From Chrysomallon squamiferum (Eukaryota > Animalia > Mollusca): 64,000 nucleotides of DNA. A model generated the notes under the pieces. It had not been told where the DNA came from, searched no databases, and worked only from the letters and a program-made list of their open reading frames with translations. The DNA lies in the NCBI GenBank assembly GCA_012295275.1, contig CM022665.1:11470001-11534000 (forward strand). Direction: 5' to 3'. This document shows positions 61,764 to 64,000 of the stretch, one piece after another; position 1 is the first letter of the stretch, and every line of letters begins with the position of its first letter. Both the position numbers and the translations under genes were made by a program.

Positions 61764-63275
61764 CTAATTTTTCTTCATACTAATGTCTTTTTCAAACTGT
61801 TTTAACTCTTTCATAGCCAAGTTAAACTGAGTCTGAAGAGCAGCACCATATTTAGTTGGCACCAGTTCATCATTTTCAGTCATCTGACACTTCATTCCAT
61901 AATTACTAATACATCTTCTGTAATGGTGAAGAAAAGCCACATCTGTTTTTATTTCTAATGGTGTCCACTGTTCTTCATTTTGCTTACTGATGTGATGAAT
62001 GCCAACTTCAAAGACACGTTTAGGGTTAACCATGACCTTTTTACGAACATGGCTCATTGGAGATCTGACTGTCTTTGACAAAGTTAGCAAAGAAGATGTG
62101 TAAGGACTTGTCAATGCTGGGTCAAAAAATGCACTAGGGAATGTGAATCCACAATGGTCTCCTAGCAATGGTGGCAGAAATTCTTGCCAGGTTTTGGCTG
62201 AGGTATGAGGAATGATAAACTCATCTACATCATGTATTGCCAGGAATGACAACATTGTCATAGACCTGTATAAACAGTCATTGTGAGCTAGAAGCTGGCC
62301 ATGGTACCAGATGGTTTTGTCTGTCACTTTGGCTGGCAGAGCCCAAGGAATGACTTTAGTTATGTTTTTGTATTTGTAATAGTTTAGCACCGATTCCATC
62401 TCTGGAGAGATGTTGTGGTTGTAAAAATAAAAGTATTGAGCTCCTAGAAGTTGAGACAGTTCAATAAATTCAACTAAGATGTCTTGTTTCAGACTACCAA
62501 ACAGTGGTGGAATGCAGATTCCAAACTGATGTCTTGGTGGACCCTCAGGTCCTTTGATTATTGAAATGTCAGTCCTTTGGTTTTCAGAAGAGGTTGAAAC
62601 AGAAAAAGGACAAGGATTCTGAAAATTGGATGTTTTGCAAGAAAATATGTAACCACCAAACATTTTATTATGGTTCTCACACATTTCATACAGAACAGCT
62701 TTTTCCATGCTATATGAAGATGTACCAGTTCTGAAATGGCAGAACAAAGAAATCTTGTTCTTTTTGTCCTTGGCCATGAGAACTATTATACGAATGTAGT
62801 GGTCATTTTTCCTGTTATCGAAATATGCTGAGTAAACAAAAACATCTGGGGCAATGCTGATAAATTTGTTATCTTTTACGTCCATGGGATCTTTGAAGCA
62901 AGTAGAATTGATGTTCACATTGTCTTCAAGAACCTTATTATCAGAAGTTTTGTTTATGCTGGACTGTTGTGGCTTCTGAATAATCATTTCTCCTCTGATG
63001 TGGGCAACCTCATCCTCCAGCTTGGAAATTTTCCTAGCCAAGTCCTTGATGTTATTATAGTGCTCCACCCAGCCTTTCAAGTCTTCAATGCTGGTGTTCA
63101 GAATCAGCTCTTTTCTTATGAGTTCTTCTGGTGTTGTTTTCTGATGCTCGACTTCCACTGTAGTTCCTCTGTACAGCTGATTGTGGAAGATTAGCACCAT
63201 GGAAATGTACAGACCACACAGAAGAAAAAGAAAACGACTGAATGAAACAGATCGAAAACAAGATCGTTTGGACAT
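61764..63275 (-). CDS. Glycosyltransferase family 92 (GALT-1-like beta-1,4-galactosyltransferase), type II membrane protein, single coding exon
   Basis: 503-aa ORF with a short basic tail, TM helix (FLFLLCGLYISMVLIF) and coiled-coil stem. Motifs VFVYSAYFD, FGICIPPLF, LVEFIELSQLLGA, WYHGQLLAHNDCLYR, DxD in HDVDEFIIP, GIHH and LHHYR. Candidate 5'UTR acceptor at 63547/63548. Confidence 0.92.
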   Translation of the reverse strand: MSKRSCFRSVSFSRFLFLLCGLYISMVLIFHNQLYRGTTVEVEHQKTTPEELIRKELILNTSIEDLKGWVEHYNNIKDLARKISKLEDEVAHIRGEMIIQKPQQSSINKTSDNKVLEDNVNINSTCFKDPMDVKDNKFISIAPDVFVYSAYFDNRKNDHYIRIIVLMAKDKKNKISLFCHFRTGTSSYSMEKAVLYEMCENHNKMFGGYIFSCKTSNFQNPCPFSVSTSSENQRTDISIIKGPEGPPRHQFGICIPPLFGSLKQDILVEFIELSQLLGAQYFYFYNHNISPEMESVLNYYKYKNITKVIPWALPAKVTDKTIWYHGQLLAHNDCLYRSMTMLSFLAIHDVDEFIIPHTSAKTWQEFLPPLLGDHCGFTFPSAFFDPALTSPYTSSLLTLSKTVRSPMSHVRKKVMVNPKRVFEVGIHHISKQNEEQWTPLEIKTDVAFLHHYRRCISNYGMKCQMTENDELVPTKYGAALQTQFNLAMKELKQFEKDISMKKN

Positions 63276-64000
63276 GGTATAACTTTGGTGTTTTGCTACA
63301 CTGTTGAAAACTCAGTTTTAAATTTGTTTATACCTTTAGCACTATTTATTTATTATTTTAACTTTTTTCTTTCCATTTAATTAGTTACTGTAGTTGGTTT
63401 TAAATATCTTGTTATATCAAGATGTACATATTTTCAAGATAGTTTTTTAGTTTTTTCTGAGAAAGCCAAGAGGTGATATCATAATGGTACAATTTCAGAA
63501 AGTTGAAGGTTTCTTAATGCAGCATGACATCAATGTATCCATACAACCTGCAAAAAATAAATGTAAAAATGATGATAATTACAATGTATGAATAATGTAA
63601 TTAAATAAATAAAATAATAAAATAAATAAATAAAAACTTTTCCTGCAATTAAAGTAAAAACAAAAAAAAAAAAAAAAAAAATTATTTAATATTTTTGAGT
63701 AAACAAAATACAAGTACTCAAATCTAAATAAATAAAAAAGAGGAAGAAATAAATACACACTACAAACACCTTGCAGAAAATAAGATTAAATAAAACATAA
63801 TAGTAAGATTCCAGTATATAAAATTCATAACGAAATAACTACTATTTTACCATTAAAGAAACTCCTTATAACATATGAAGGAAAGTTTTCAGGTCAAACA
63901 ACAAACTTCAACATTTAGACAATTTAAACACAGCAGCATAGTTGCAGAATATTTAACACAGAAGTGACAAATTCAAAAATAAATTTCCTTATTTATCAGT

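Overview
AT-rich, microsatellite-laden, intron-rich animal genomic DNA, probably a mollusc (inferred from SINE and GT92 content, not proven). The window holds four genes. (1) The 3' end of an unidentified + strand gene (to 2271). (2) Ashwin/C2orf49 on the - strand (5700-8410). (3) Head-to-head with Ashwin, a ~29 kb vault PARP gene (PARP4: BRCT-WGR-like-PARP regulatory-catalytic H-Y-E-VIT-VWA-variable linker-MVP-interacting domain, ~9296-37977), whose first 27 exons I could join in consistent phase. (4) An intronless GT92/GALT-1-like galactosyltransferase CDS (61764-63275, -). The most striking feature is the PARP4 linker (29.5-36.8 kb), a recently duplicated array of phase-1 cassette exons that includes two near-identical ubiquitin-like exons ending LRLRGG-stop. 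They have no ATG but have a phase-matched splice acceptor, which predicts a PARP4 isoform ending in a free ubiquitin-type di-Gly tail. A donor inside the Gly76 codon would alternatively let splicing choose residue 76. The rest is Tigger/pogo MITEs, decayed tRNA-SINEs, many minisatellites and a ~4 kb pyrimidine-rich satellite. All gene models are hand-spliced and lack transcript evidence.
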